NCBI GenBank assembly: GCA_029564175.1
Contig: JAKQQL010000125.1
Coordinates: 1 to 33,211, forward strand
From: Candidatus Cloacimonadota bacterium
Lineage (GTDB): Bacteria > Cloacimonadota > Cloacimonadia > Cloacimonadales > WRIO01
DNA: 33,211 nucleotides
Reading direction: 5' to 3'
Below the pieces are notes generated by a model. It saw only the letters and a list, made by a program, of their open reading frames with translations. It was not told the DNA's origin and made no database searches. The position numbers and the translations under genes were made by a program. Shown here piece by piece: positions 8,094 to 16,773 of this stretch. How positions within the stretch are numbered: position 1 is the first letter of the stretch; every line of letters starts with the position of its first letter.

Positions 8094-9452
8094 TTATTTA
8101 GATAGTTCGTTTAAACGATTTTCTATTAAAGACTGAATCTCTTTCAAACGGGTTTCAGTTACTGCCTCAAAGCGTAAAACCAATACTGGCTGTGTATTGG
8201 ATGCCCTGATAAGACCCCATCCATCAGGGAATGTTACCCGCATCCCATCGATTGCATTTACTTCGTAGCCTTCTTTGATGAAAGAATCTCTTACTTTATC
8301 AACAATTTGAAATTTGATATCATCTTCAGTATCATAGCGCAATTCAGGTGTTGAATACATTTTAGGCTGATCAGCCAGAATTTCTGAACATTTCTTTTCC
8401 GTGCCGGACAGTATTTCTGCAAAACGGGCACAACCATAGATCGCATCATCAAAACCAAAATATCTGTCCCCAAAGAAAATATGCCCAGACATTTCGCCTC
8501 CGAATTTAACTTTGTCTTCTTTCATTTTGTTTTTGATGTTAGCATGACCGGTTTTATACATAATCGGATTTCCACCGTGTTTTTTGATGTCATCAAAGAA
8601 GTTTTTTGAACATTTTACATCAGCTAAAACCGTTTCGCCAGGGTTTGCACTGAGAAAATCTCTTGCAAAAATGTTTAAAATCTGATCTCCATAGAGCATC
8701 TGACCTTTTTCGTCAATGACACCAATACGGTCGGCATCTCCATCTAAACCAAAACCGACCTCGTAATCTCCTTCTTTCATCACAGCGATCAGATCAGTCA
8801 TGTATTTTTCAACAGTAGGATCTGGATGATGATTTGGGAAGGTACCATCTACTTCACAATACATCTCTTTAACTGTGCAGCCTAATCTTCTTAAAATATC
8901 AGGTAATATGTTTCCGCCAGCACCATTACCCGCATCAACTACGCAATTAACAGGACGTTTCATGTGAATATTTTCTACAATATAATCGCTATAGACATCA
9001 ATAATACCTTCAAAGGTTTTAAATGAGCCCTCTCCCTGTACAAAATTTTTACTCTGAATAATCTGTAGAATATCCTGGATTTGCTCTCCATATACTGAAG
9101 ATAAACCATTGTTCAATTTTATGCCGTTATACTCAGGGGGATTATGGGATGCGGTAATCATTGCACCAGCATCAGTCTGTAGTTTCCAAATTGCAAAATA
9201 AAGCACAGGGGTTGCACATATACCCACATCTGTAACATCGCAACCACATTCCATCAGCCCTTTTGTGAACTGCTCTTTGAATTTTGGCGTAGAAAGTCTT
9301 GCATCTCCACCGATTACAACAGTTTTTTGATTTTGTTTTCTGACATAAGAACCAAAACCACGACCGATTAAATATAAAGTTTCTTCTGTTAAATCTTCAC
9401 CAACAATACCTCTGATATCATATTGTCTGAATATTTGAGGGTTTACTGACAT
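8094..9452 (-). CDS. algC: Phosphomannomutase/phosphoglucomutase (PMM/PGM, AlgC-like)
   Basis: IFRQYDIRG, catalytic TASHNP, FPNHHPDP, metal-binding DGDADR, GEMSGH and RASNT motifs. SD GGAGG upstream. Confidence 0.93.
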   Translation of the reverse strand: MSVNPQIFRQYDIRGIVGEDLTEETLYLIGRGFGSYVRKQNQKTVVIGGDARLSTPKFKEQFTKGLMECGCDVTDVGICATPVLYFAIWKLQTDAGAMITASHNPPEYNGIKLNNGLSSVYGEQIQDILQIIQSKNFVQGEGSFKTFEGIIDVYSDYIVENIHMKRPVNCVVDAGNGAGGNILPDILRRLGCTVKEMYCEVDGTFPNHHPDPTVEKYMTDLIAVMKEGDYEVGFGLDGDADRIGVIDEKGQMLYGDQILNIFARDFLSANPGETVLADVKCSKNFFDDIKKHGGNPIMYKTGHANIKNKMKEDKVKFGGEMSGHIFFGDRYFGFDDAIYGCARFAEILSGTEKKCSEILADQPKMYSTPELRYDTEDDIKFQIVDKVRDSFIKEGYEVNAIDGMRVTFPDGWGLIRASNTQPVLVLRFEAVTETRLKEIQSLIENRLNELSK

Positions 9453-9490
9453 AATGCCTCCTAATATAATTTTTCTCTAAATAAGAGCTT

Positions 9491-9538
9491 ATTCCCCTCC
9501 GCTGGAGGGGTGTCACGAAGTGACAGGGTGGTACGTTC
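9491..9538 (+). repeat. Double-hairpin repeat (CCCCTCC-n3-GGAGGGG / TGTCAC-GAA-GTGACA / GGGTGG)
   Basis: A homologous copy lies at 29788-29835 and an inverted, internally deleted copy at 29995-30025. Confidence 0.75.
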
Positions 9539-9671
9539 ACCGTACAGATGCTTTCTGTTTGTAAAAACAGTTACAGACAGGTTGCTTATTGTACGGGATA
9601 TTCCGTATAGAACCTCATCAGTTTAATCACGAATTCTTAAAAATAAGTAAACGATTAAACTGATCATAGTA

Positions 9672-9699
9672 ATAATAGCATAATAATTACTCTTGTCAA
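9672..9699 (-). promoter_or_regulatory. Putative sigma70 promoter for PMM/PGM
   Basis: Minus strand reads TTGACA-16 nt-TATTAT with TGn immediately before the -10 element. Confidence 0.5.
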
Positions 9700-9832
9700 G
9701 CATTTTCTTGGAGATTTTGAAAAAATGATGATTTATAGCGCGTCATTAACCGGTTTATATTGAATGAAAACAAGATGTCAGATGTTCTTTCTCTTTTTAT
9801 TCATAAAATTTCAGAACGAAATCATTTATCAT

Positions 9833-9861
9833 TTGACAAAAGAGATGCCCTGAGTTAATTT
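9833..9861 (+). promoter_or_regulatory. Putative sigma70 promoter for the hybrid kinase
   Basis: TTGACA-17 nt-TAATTT, about 50 nt upstream of the start. Confidence 0.4.
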
Positions 9862-9913
9862 ATCTATTTAGAATAAGACCATTCAAGATAAGCTGAGGTG
9901 GGAGAACGGATTG

Positions 9914-12484
9914 ATGAATAAACTTGGGTTGATTGAATTAAATGATTCTCTGGCAGATATTCAGAATAAATGTGATTTATTGGGCTATCAAACCATCCAT
10001 TTTAACTATTTTCATTTTACCAGTCAATTATTCTCAGTAAGAGAAGAAAATCAATTTTTGTGTTTAAAAGATGAAATTGAGACCTTTATTTTTAATGAGA
10101 AGATTGATATTTTACTGGTTGATTCTGAAATTTTGCTTATGTTACCTGCCTATATAAAAAAACAAATAAAACTGCTCTTCTTTAAAGTGCCTGTCATTAT
10201 TGTTGTTACAGAGATTATAAAAGCATTGGAGAATATTTTGATGGATTTAAACCCTTCTGATATTCTTTTTCATTATCAGAGTTTAAATGATTTTGACTTT
10301 AGATTAAAAACTGCTTTTCAGCGGAGCAATGCGCTCAATCATTTCTATGCAGAGCATGTTGAACTGATAGAAACAAAGAATAAACTCAGTGTTGTAAACA
10401 AGCAACTGGAAGAGACAATTGAACACTCGAACCGGCTGGCATTAGTTGCTGAACTGGCAAAGATTACACAGGCAAACTTCCTTTCCAATATGAGTCATGA
10501 AATGCGAACACCGCTTAATGGATTATTGGGGATCACTCATTTATTGGCTCAGACTACCTTAAACAATGAACAAAAGGAGTATGTTGAGCTCATTAACACC
10601 TCTTCTGAAAATCTGTTGACGCTTATTAGTGATATTTTGGATTATTCCCGAATAGATGCCGGTAAAATGAACCTGAGAATAGAAGAATTTTCTATCAATG
10701 AAAAAATCGTTAAAATGCTAAAAACCTTAACTGTAAAAGCCTATCAGAAAGGGTTGGAATTAATCTACGAACAAGATCCGACATTGCCTGAAATCATACG
10801 GGGAGATTACAGCAGAATCAATCAGATTTTAATCAATCTGGTTGGAAATGCAATCAAATTTACTGAAAAGGGTGAAATTAAAGTCTCAATCCGACAAAAG
10901 AAAATTGTTAATGAACATCATCGTGTGCTTGAATTTATGGTTCAGGATAGTGGTGTCGGTATTAGTGAAGATAATTTGGATAATATCTTCGAAGCTTTCT
11001 ATCAGGTAGAAGAAAGAACTACCAAACGTTATGCAGGTACAGGTTTGGGTCTGGCTATCTGTAAACAGCTGGTGAGTCTGATGAATGGTAGTATTTGGGT
11101 AGAAAGTGAGCCTGGAGCAGGCAGTACCTTCTGGTTTAGTGTACATGTGGATGTGCCTCAGCAAAAAGCAGAGAATGAGTATGATAAAGAGATTTCAGGA
11201 CATAAACATGTCTTAATCGTTGATGATAGCGCCGGTGTGAGAAAATATCTGAGAAATATTTTAGTTGCCAGCAAAATGACTGCTGATACAGCCGAAAATG
11301 AGGAAGAATGTCAACGCTTTCTGGAACATTCAGAAAAGAATCACCGGCCTTATGACCTTGCACTGGTTGATTTGACATTAAAAGACAGTGACGGGTGGAA
11401 TATTATAAAAATGATCCACAACAACCCATTAAATAAAGATTGTAAAGTGATTATTATCACAGGATTAAATGAATATAATGTGAGTGAATATGCAAAAGAG
11501 GCTGGCGCTGAGGCTGTTTTAAAAAAACCAGTGAGCAGGGATGAACTGATTAGCACGATTCAGAGTGTATTTGCTCAAAATGTGAACAAAAATGAGAAGG
11601 TTTCTGGCAGATGTGCCATATCTGCTGAACAAATGGCATTAGCTGATAAAAAAACAAATCAGCCTTCAATTGAAATGATGCAAAAGAAATTGAATATTTT
11701 GCTGGTGGAGGATGAAGCCATTAACCGAAAATTTGCTGAAAGACTGCTAAGCCGTGAAGGTCACCAGATCACGATTGCAGTAAATGGACTCGAAGCAATT
11801 GAGAAATATGCGAATGATGTGTTTGATGTGATTTTAATGGATGTTCAAATGGCTGAGATGAATGGCATTGAGGCTACTAAGCGAATCAGAGAAATTGAAA
11901 ATGTGAAAAATATCCATACACCTGTGATTGCATTGACAGCCTATTCTTTACCTGAAGAACTGGATAAATGTCTGCAGGAAGGAATGGATGATGTGATTAC
12001 CAAACCCATCAATGTAAAGATCATTATGAAAAAACTGTCTGAATTGGTTCATCAACCTCAAAAAGAGGATGTCTCTGATATGAAAGACTCCGTTAATATA
12101 AATACCAAAAACGTCCCCTTTTACCGTCATTTCAATCAGATGGAACTGATAGAACAACAATGTCATGATAAAGAATTTATGATAGAACTGATAGAAATGT
12201 TTTTCTTTGTATTACCTGAGTATATGTCTCACATCAAAGAAGCCATCGCAGAAGATAATCCGGAACAGTTAAACAAATCTGCTCATACGCTTAAAGGTAC
12301 TCTAAAAACATTGAGAGTAACTTATTGCGACCAGCTCGCTCAGGAACTTGAAATGAAGGGCAAAGAAAAACAACTTTCAAATGCTTTAAATGTTTTTAAA
12401 AATCTCGAACAGCATATCTTTTTGTTAAAAGATGAATTACAACACTTTTTGGATATGCTGAACTCAGATAAAGAACTGATCTGA
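9914..12484 (+). CDS. Cytoplasmic hybrid sensor histidine kinase (HisKA-HATPase-REC-REC-Hpt)
   Basis: H-box FLSNMSHEMRTPLNG, N-box QILINLVGNAIKFT, DSGVGI and GTGLGLAI motifs, two receivers (LIVDD...ALVD...KP; ILLVEDE...ILMDVQM...KP) and Hpt AHTLKG. No clear TM. Alternative TTG start at 9911. Confidence 0.93.
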   Translation: MNKLGLIELNDSLADIQNKCDLLGYQTIHFNYFHFTSQLFSVREENQFLCLKDEIETFIFNEKIDILLVDSEILLMLPAYIKKQIKLLFFKVPVIIVVTEIIKALENILMDLNPSDILFHYQSLNDFDFRLKTAFQRSNALNHFYAEHVELIETKNKLSVVNKQLEETIEHSNRLALVAELAKITQANFLSNMSHEMRTPLNGLLGITHLLAQTTLNNEQKEYVELINTSSENLLTLISDILDYSRIDAGKMNLRIEEFSINEKIVKMLKTLTVKAYQKGLELIYEQDPTLPEIIRGDYSRINQILINLVGNAIKFTEKGEIKVSIRQKKIVNEHHRVLEFMVQDSGVGISEDNLDNIFEAFYQVEERTTKRYAGTGLGLAICKQLVSLMNGSIWVESEPGAGSTFWFSVHVDVPQQKAENEYDKEISGHKHVLIVDDSAGVRKYLRNILVASKMTADTAENEEECQRFLEHSEKNHRPYDLALVDLTLKDSDGWNIIKMIHNNPLNKDCKVIIITGLNEYNVSEYAKEAGAEAVLKKPVSRDELISTIQSVFAQNVNKNEKVSGRCAISAEQMALADKKTNQPSIEMMQKKLNILLVEDEAINRKFAERLLSREGHQITIAVNGLEAIEKYANDVFDVILMDVQMAEMNGIEATKRIREIENVKNIHTPVIALTAYSLPEELDKCLQEGMDDVITKPINVKIIMKKLSELVHQPQKEDVSDMKDSVNINTKNVPFYRHFNQMELIEQQCHDKEFMIELIEMFFFVLPEYMSHIKEAIAEDNPEQLNKSAHTLKGTLKTLRVTYCDQLAQELEMKGKEKQLSNALNVFKNLEQHIFLLKDELQHFLDMLNSDKELI

Positions 12485-12711
12485 ACAAATTTGACTCTTT
12501 TTAAAAGATAAGTTACCTGCTTGTCTTTTCATCAACAGCCAGTAAAATCTAAAAAACTCCCTAAACTCCTTTATTCTATAAATCTCTGAAAAATTGTGAA
12601 TATTCCCCTTTTTTGCTGCTTTCCATCTTATTCTCTCCCTCTTCATCTGATGTGTATAGTCGTATAAATGAGTTAAGTGAGTCTAATGCTTTCAGCAGAA
12701 AAAAAAAGAGT

Positions 12712-12743
12712 TTTCTACAGGATAGATAAGGGAATCATATGAT
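12712..12743 (+). other. 32-bp motif shared with 26075-26106 (minus strand); function unknown
   Basis: TTTCTACAGGATAGATAAGGGAATCATATGAT versus TTTCTACAGGATAGATAAGAGAATAATATGAT, 30/32 identical. Confidence 0.7.
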
Positions 12744-12936
12744 AATTAGATGAAAAATATTAAAGCAAAGAAGAATATTGTAATCTTGTACAGGAATGAT
12801 TGCCTATGCAAAACATCATGTTTTGAATCAATACGTCATTATAAAAGTTTTCTGATATAATATTCTCAATGCAGAGATTGACAATAGACTTGACTGTTTT
12901 TAGGTTTTTATTTTATTGTTTGTTAAAAGGAATTGT

Positions 12937-15099
12937 ATGAGAAGATTTATATATATTATAGTGTTTTGGATGCTTGTTTTACCTTTATTTGCCAGACCGA
13001 AGATCGGACTTGTTCTGAGTGGCGGTGGAGCTAAAGGCTTGGCTCATATTGGTATGCTTAAAGTGATTGAAGAGGCCGGACTGCCAATTGACTGTATTGT
13101 GGGAACCAGTATGGGTGCTATAATAGGCGGTTTATATGCCATGGGCTATTCTGCTGACCAGATAGAAGCAGAAATCAGAAAGATTGACTGGGATGCTATG
13201 CTGACAAATGACGTGCCACGTGAGGATTTTTATGTCAGTGAAAAACGCTGGAAACCGATGAGTAACTATTATTTTAATTTGAGTCCAGGTTTTAAACCCA
13301 GTTTGCCACAAGGTTTTATTACAGGTAACACGATTCATTTGGATTTATTCAAAATGAGCTGGCAGAAAGCACATATTCGTCATTTTGATGAATTAAAAAT
13401 TCCTTTTCGATGTATCGGAACCAGTTTGACAAGTGGTAATATGATTGTTTTTGAAGAGGGTTCTCTGGCAGATGCAATGCGGGCATCCAGTTCGCTACCC
13501 AGTATATTCATACCTTTTGAATATGAAAATGATTTAATTATTGATGGGGGTATCTCTCAAAATCTGCCGATAGAGATTGCCAGAAGAATGGGTATGGATT
13601 ATGTCATTGCTTTAAAAACCAATACCAAACTCAATGATAAAGAAGGTCTTAAAAATGCAATCAGTGTGTTAAATCAGACAATCAACATTGGAATGACCAA
13701 AAATATGGAGCACTCAATAGAGCTGGCAGATCTGGTGATCAGTCCTTCAGTCGATTTATATCAGGCAACAGATTTTAAAAAAGCCAATGAAATTATTACG
13801 ATTGGAGAGATTGAAGCTTCGCGTTATTTCAGTGTGTTTGACTCTTTAGCGGCAGTCATCAATACCGATCATACCCCGAAAGTCATTTCACAAGAAGTCA
13901 GTGTGTTGCCGGATACGATTTCTTTTAACTGGATTTATGTAGAAAATAATGTCAGGATGCACTCTGCCAAAATCAGAGAATATGTAGATTTACAACCCCA
14001 TAAATCCTATACAAAACAAGCAGTTATGGATGCTTTTTATCTGGCATGGGCAAGTGATTTGTTTGATCAGATATATCCGAGAATCAGCGAAACAAACGGA
14101 CAATATATTTTGACAATCGTTGTTAAAGAAAAAGAAGGTCGCCGGCTTGGCGTAAACCTGACTTACAATAATTATAACGGGCTGGTTGCTGGTAATGTAT
14201 TAGAATTTAACAATATCATTCAAAAAAACTCAAAGCTGCTGATCAATACTCAATTGGGTGGCAGACATGCACTTGATATCGATTATGTTAAGAATTTTGG
14301 TAAACATTTTGGTATTTATTTCAGACTCTTTCCCTATGTAAAAGAAGATAATATTTACGTGTTTAATGAAGAACATGAAAAAACAATGAGTTTGAAATAC
14401 CTGGAATACGGTACCAATCTGGGAATGGGCTTTTTTTCGTTTAAAAACAATATCATTGAGCCGTATCTCTATCATTACCATATCAATATTTATAAAAATG
14501 TTACTGATACTGATATTGATCAGAAACAGGTATATTCCAGTGGTTTTGGTCTAAAATACTATCATGAAAAAGTGGACGATTTATTCTTTACAACCTCTGG
14601 AGAGAAGATTTTAGCAAAGCTAAATTTAGCTGATATTAATAAATTTAATAAATATAAGTACAAAAAACTGCTGCTCAGGGAAAACACCTTTGTTCCGCTA
14701 ACTAAGTACAGCTCTGCCTTCTGGCAACTGGAATATGGTACTTATTTTGAATCAGATCCGGTGAAAGTAGATCCATTCTATTTAGGGGGAATCGATAGCT
14801 TTATCGGCAGTAATCCCCTGGAAATTAAAACTTCATTTTACAGAAGTGCCAGACTGGGTATGCGTTTAAACTGGAATAAAGAGTACTTTCTCGATTTTAT
14901 CTATAATTATCTGACTTGGGGTGAGTCTGACCGCTGGTTTGAAATGGATAAAAAGAAAAGTGCTGTCGGTTTAATCTTTGGGAAAAAGTATATGATTACT
15001 CCGCTTAGATTGGCTGTTTCCATGGATAATAAGCAACACTTATATTATTATATTTCCATTGGTTATGATTATGATGCTTTTGAATTCTCCAGACGATAA
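12937..15099 (+). CDS. Patatin-like phospholipase with POTRA and C-terminal Omp85-like barrel (PlpD/type Vd-like)
   Basis: Signal peptide (MRRFIYIIVFWMLVLPLFA), GGGAKG, nucleophile GTSMG, DGG, a POTRA-like segment and a beta-strand-rich C-terminus. The ATG at 12937 follows AAGGA. Confidence 0.88.
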   Translation: MRRFIYIIVFWMLVLPLFARPKIGLVLSGGGAKGLAHIGMLKVIEEAGLPIDCIVGTSMGAIIGGLYAMGYSADQIEAEIRKIDWDAMLTNDVPREDFYVSEKRWKPMSNYYFNLSPGFKPSLPQGFITGNTIHLDLFKMSWQKAHIRHFDELKIPFRCIGTSLTSGNMIVFEEGSLADAMRASSSLPSIFIPFEYENDLIIDGGISQNLPIEIARRMGMDYVIALKTNTKLNDKEGLKNAISVLNQTINIGMTKNMEHSIELADLVISPSVDLYQATDFKKANEIITIGEIEASRYFSVFDSLAAVINTDHTPKVISQEVSVLPDTISFNWIYVENNVRMHSAKIREYVDLQPHKSYTKQAVMDAFYLAWASDLFDQIYPRISETNGQYILTIVVKEKEGRRLGVNLTYNNYNGLVAGNVLEFNNIIQKNSKLLINTQLGGRHALDIDYVKNFGKHFGIYFRLFPYVKEDNIYVFNEEHEKTMSLKYLEYGTNLGMGFFSFKNNIIEPYLYHYHINIYKNVTDTDIDQKQVYSSGFGLKYYHEKVDDLFFTTSGEKILAKLNLADINKFNKYKYKKLLLRENTFVPLTKYSSAFWQLEYGTYFESDPVKVDPFYLGGIDSFIGSNPLEIKTSFYRSARLGMRLNWNKEYFLDFIYNYLTWGESDRWFEMDKKKSAVGLIFGKKYMITPLRLAVSMDNKQHLYYYISIGYDYDAFEFSRR

Positions 15100-16390
15100 A
15101 GCACTTTTGTTTGTTGAGACTGCCGGCTCAAAATCCCTGATTAACAGATACTTGATACTTAACTCAATTCACCGGCAAAATCTGTCTCTCTATCCTGGCT
15201 CTGAGTGTGCTGATGTCATGGAAATGCTGACTTGTCTGGAAAAACTGGGCTTACATTATCGTTTGGAAACTTGTTCGGATATTCCGGTGATCAGTTGCCA
15301 GTATCAAAACTTGAAAAATGTCAGCAAAGAAATTCTGATTGATGTACATGAAGCAGGAACGGTGTTTAGATTTTTGATTACCAGGCTGGCTTTGGAAGAC
15401 GGATATACTTTTAGAATGAGAGTAGGGGAGAGTCTGATGAAAAGACCTTTTTTACCTCTTGTGGAAGCACTTCAAAAGCTGGGTGCAGATATTTCTGTCA
15501 GGCAGAATGAACTCTTGATCAAAGGGAAAACACTCGAAGGGGGTAAAGTCTTGCTGCCCTCTGATATCAGTAGTCAGTTTGTCAGCTCTCTGTTGTTATC
15601 TGCTTCTCTGTTCAAATCTGATTTGGAAATTTCATTTTATCAAAGCAAAGTGCAGTCGTCACTTTTATATTCAGAATCCTATATCAGAATGACAATACAG
15701 ATGCTTAAGCAGTTAGGCATTAAGTGCGAAATGGGCACAGATCGGATCTACTGTGAGAACAGGAAAAGTGCCTTTACAGATAATGAAATTGCCGTAGAAT
15801 CTGATTATTCAACTGCCCCTTCATTCTGGGTTTTAAGCCTGATTACCGGTAGAAAAATAGCGGTGGCAGTCTCTGAAAAAGTTGGTTTACAGGGGGATTT
15901 GCAATTTATTACACTTTTAAAACAGTTGGGCTTTAGAAAAGTGATTTATGAGAAATCAGGGAAACAGTATCTGGCTTTTGAAGGAGAATTTTCCGATGGT
16001 ATTGATGTCTCTATGAAAGATATGCCTGATCAGGTAATGAATCTGGCGATTCTGGCTTTGTTTTGTAACACTCCCACTGTGATCAGAGATATCGAAATTC
16101 TGAGATTTAAAGAATCAGACAGGATAGAGAATCTGAAGACCGGCCTCAAACATCTAAATGTATGTGTTCAATATGAAAATGAACAACTATTGATTGAACC
16201 TGGCATTTGTATCGATAAACCGGTAGAACTCTGCTCTTGTAATGATCATCGTCTGGCAATGATCTGGATGATCCTTAAACAAAAATACCCATTGATAAAA
16301 ATAGATAATACAGACTGTATCAAAAAGTCAGCCCCTGAGTTTTTGACTTTTTTGATACGGTTAGATACTGATAATTTAAGACACGGATAA
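15071..16390 (+). CDS. aroA: 3-phosphoshikimate 1-carboxyvinyltransferase (EPSP synthase)
   Basis: GSKSLINR, EAGTVFRF, SSQFVSSLL, ESDYST, DMPD, LRFKESDRI and DHRLAM motifs. The start is uncertain (ORF track 15059) and overlaps the patatin 3' end. Confidence 0.9.
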   Translation: MMLLNSPDDKALLFVETAGSKSLINRYLILNSIHRQNLSLYPGSECADVMEMLTCLEKLGLHYRLETCSDIPVISCQYQNLKNVSKEILIDVHEAGTVFRFLITRLALEDGYTFRMRVGESLMKRPFLPLVEALQKLGADISVRQNELLIKGKTLEGGKVLLPSDISSQFVSSLLLSASLFKSDLEISFYQSKVQSSLLYSESYIRMTIQMLKQLGIKCEMGTDRIYCENRKSAFTDNEIAVESDYSTAPSFWVLSLITGRKIAVAVSEKVGLQGDLQFITLLKQLGFRKVIYEKSGKQYLAFEGEFSDGIDVSMKDMPDQVMNLAILALFCNTPTVIRDIEILRFKESDRIENLKTGLKHLNVCVQYENEQLLIEPGICIDKPVELCSCNDHRLAMIWMILKQKYPLIKIDNTDCIKKSAPEFLTFLIRLDTDNLRHG

Positions 16391-16414
16391 GTCGGATTTA
16401 AACGGAAAAACGGT

Positions 16415-16770
16415 CTGCGAGCATCCTGCTTGCAGAAAAAACCAGTGATTTTATCCTGAGGTATTAAGTTAAGAGAAACAGTTTTTCGACTAATGTATAA
16501 ACTGTTTGTAGGGATTTGCGAAATGGAGCGAAGTGTAATGCCGTAAATCCGAAACAACTCGTACTATAAGTATCTTGTTTGTAGTTTGCGGACGTACGGC
16601 GCTTCGCTTCGTATGTCCCTACAAACCACTTTATATGCTTACTTATTATGCATAAATCCTTAACTTAATGACATTGGGCTTCACCCTGGGCTAGGATTCT
16701 TTCGTTCCTCCAGAACTCTTATTTTTGCACAGACTCTTCTTTGCGCTCTTTGATTCCTTTGCGAGATAAA
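16415..16770. repeat. Composite/nested palindromic repeat region between convergent aroA and mfd
   Basis: REP arm at 16415-16440; outer IR ATTAAGTTAAG/CTTAACTTAAT (16463-16473/16659-16669); inner IR GTTTGTAGGGA/TCCCTACAAAC; central GTAC-type REP arm; CGCAAAG-motif copy on the minus strand near 16735-16767. Confidence 0.8.
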
Positions 16771-16773
16771 AAT

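Noticed and set aside
7862..8105. ORFs 7869..8105 (+) and 7862..8071 (-) as immunity or third precursor genes
   Set aside because: They overlap precursor 2 and the terminator, have no clear RBS and no GG leader. A small immunity gene cannot be fully excluded.
12916..16390. Patatin-aroA overlap as a functional novelty
   Set aside because: Both are recognisable known families, and the short overlap depends on an uncertain aroA start.
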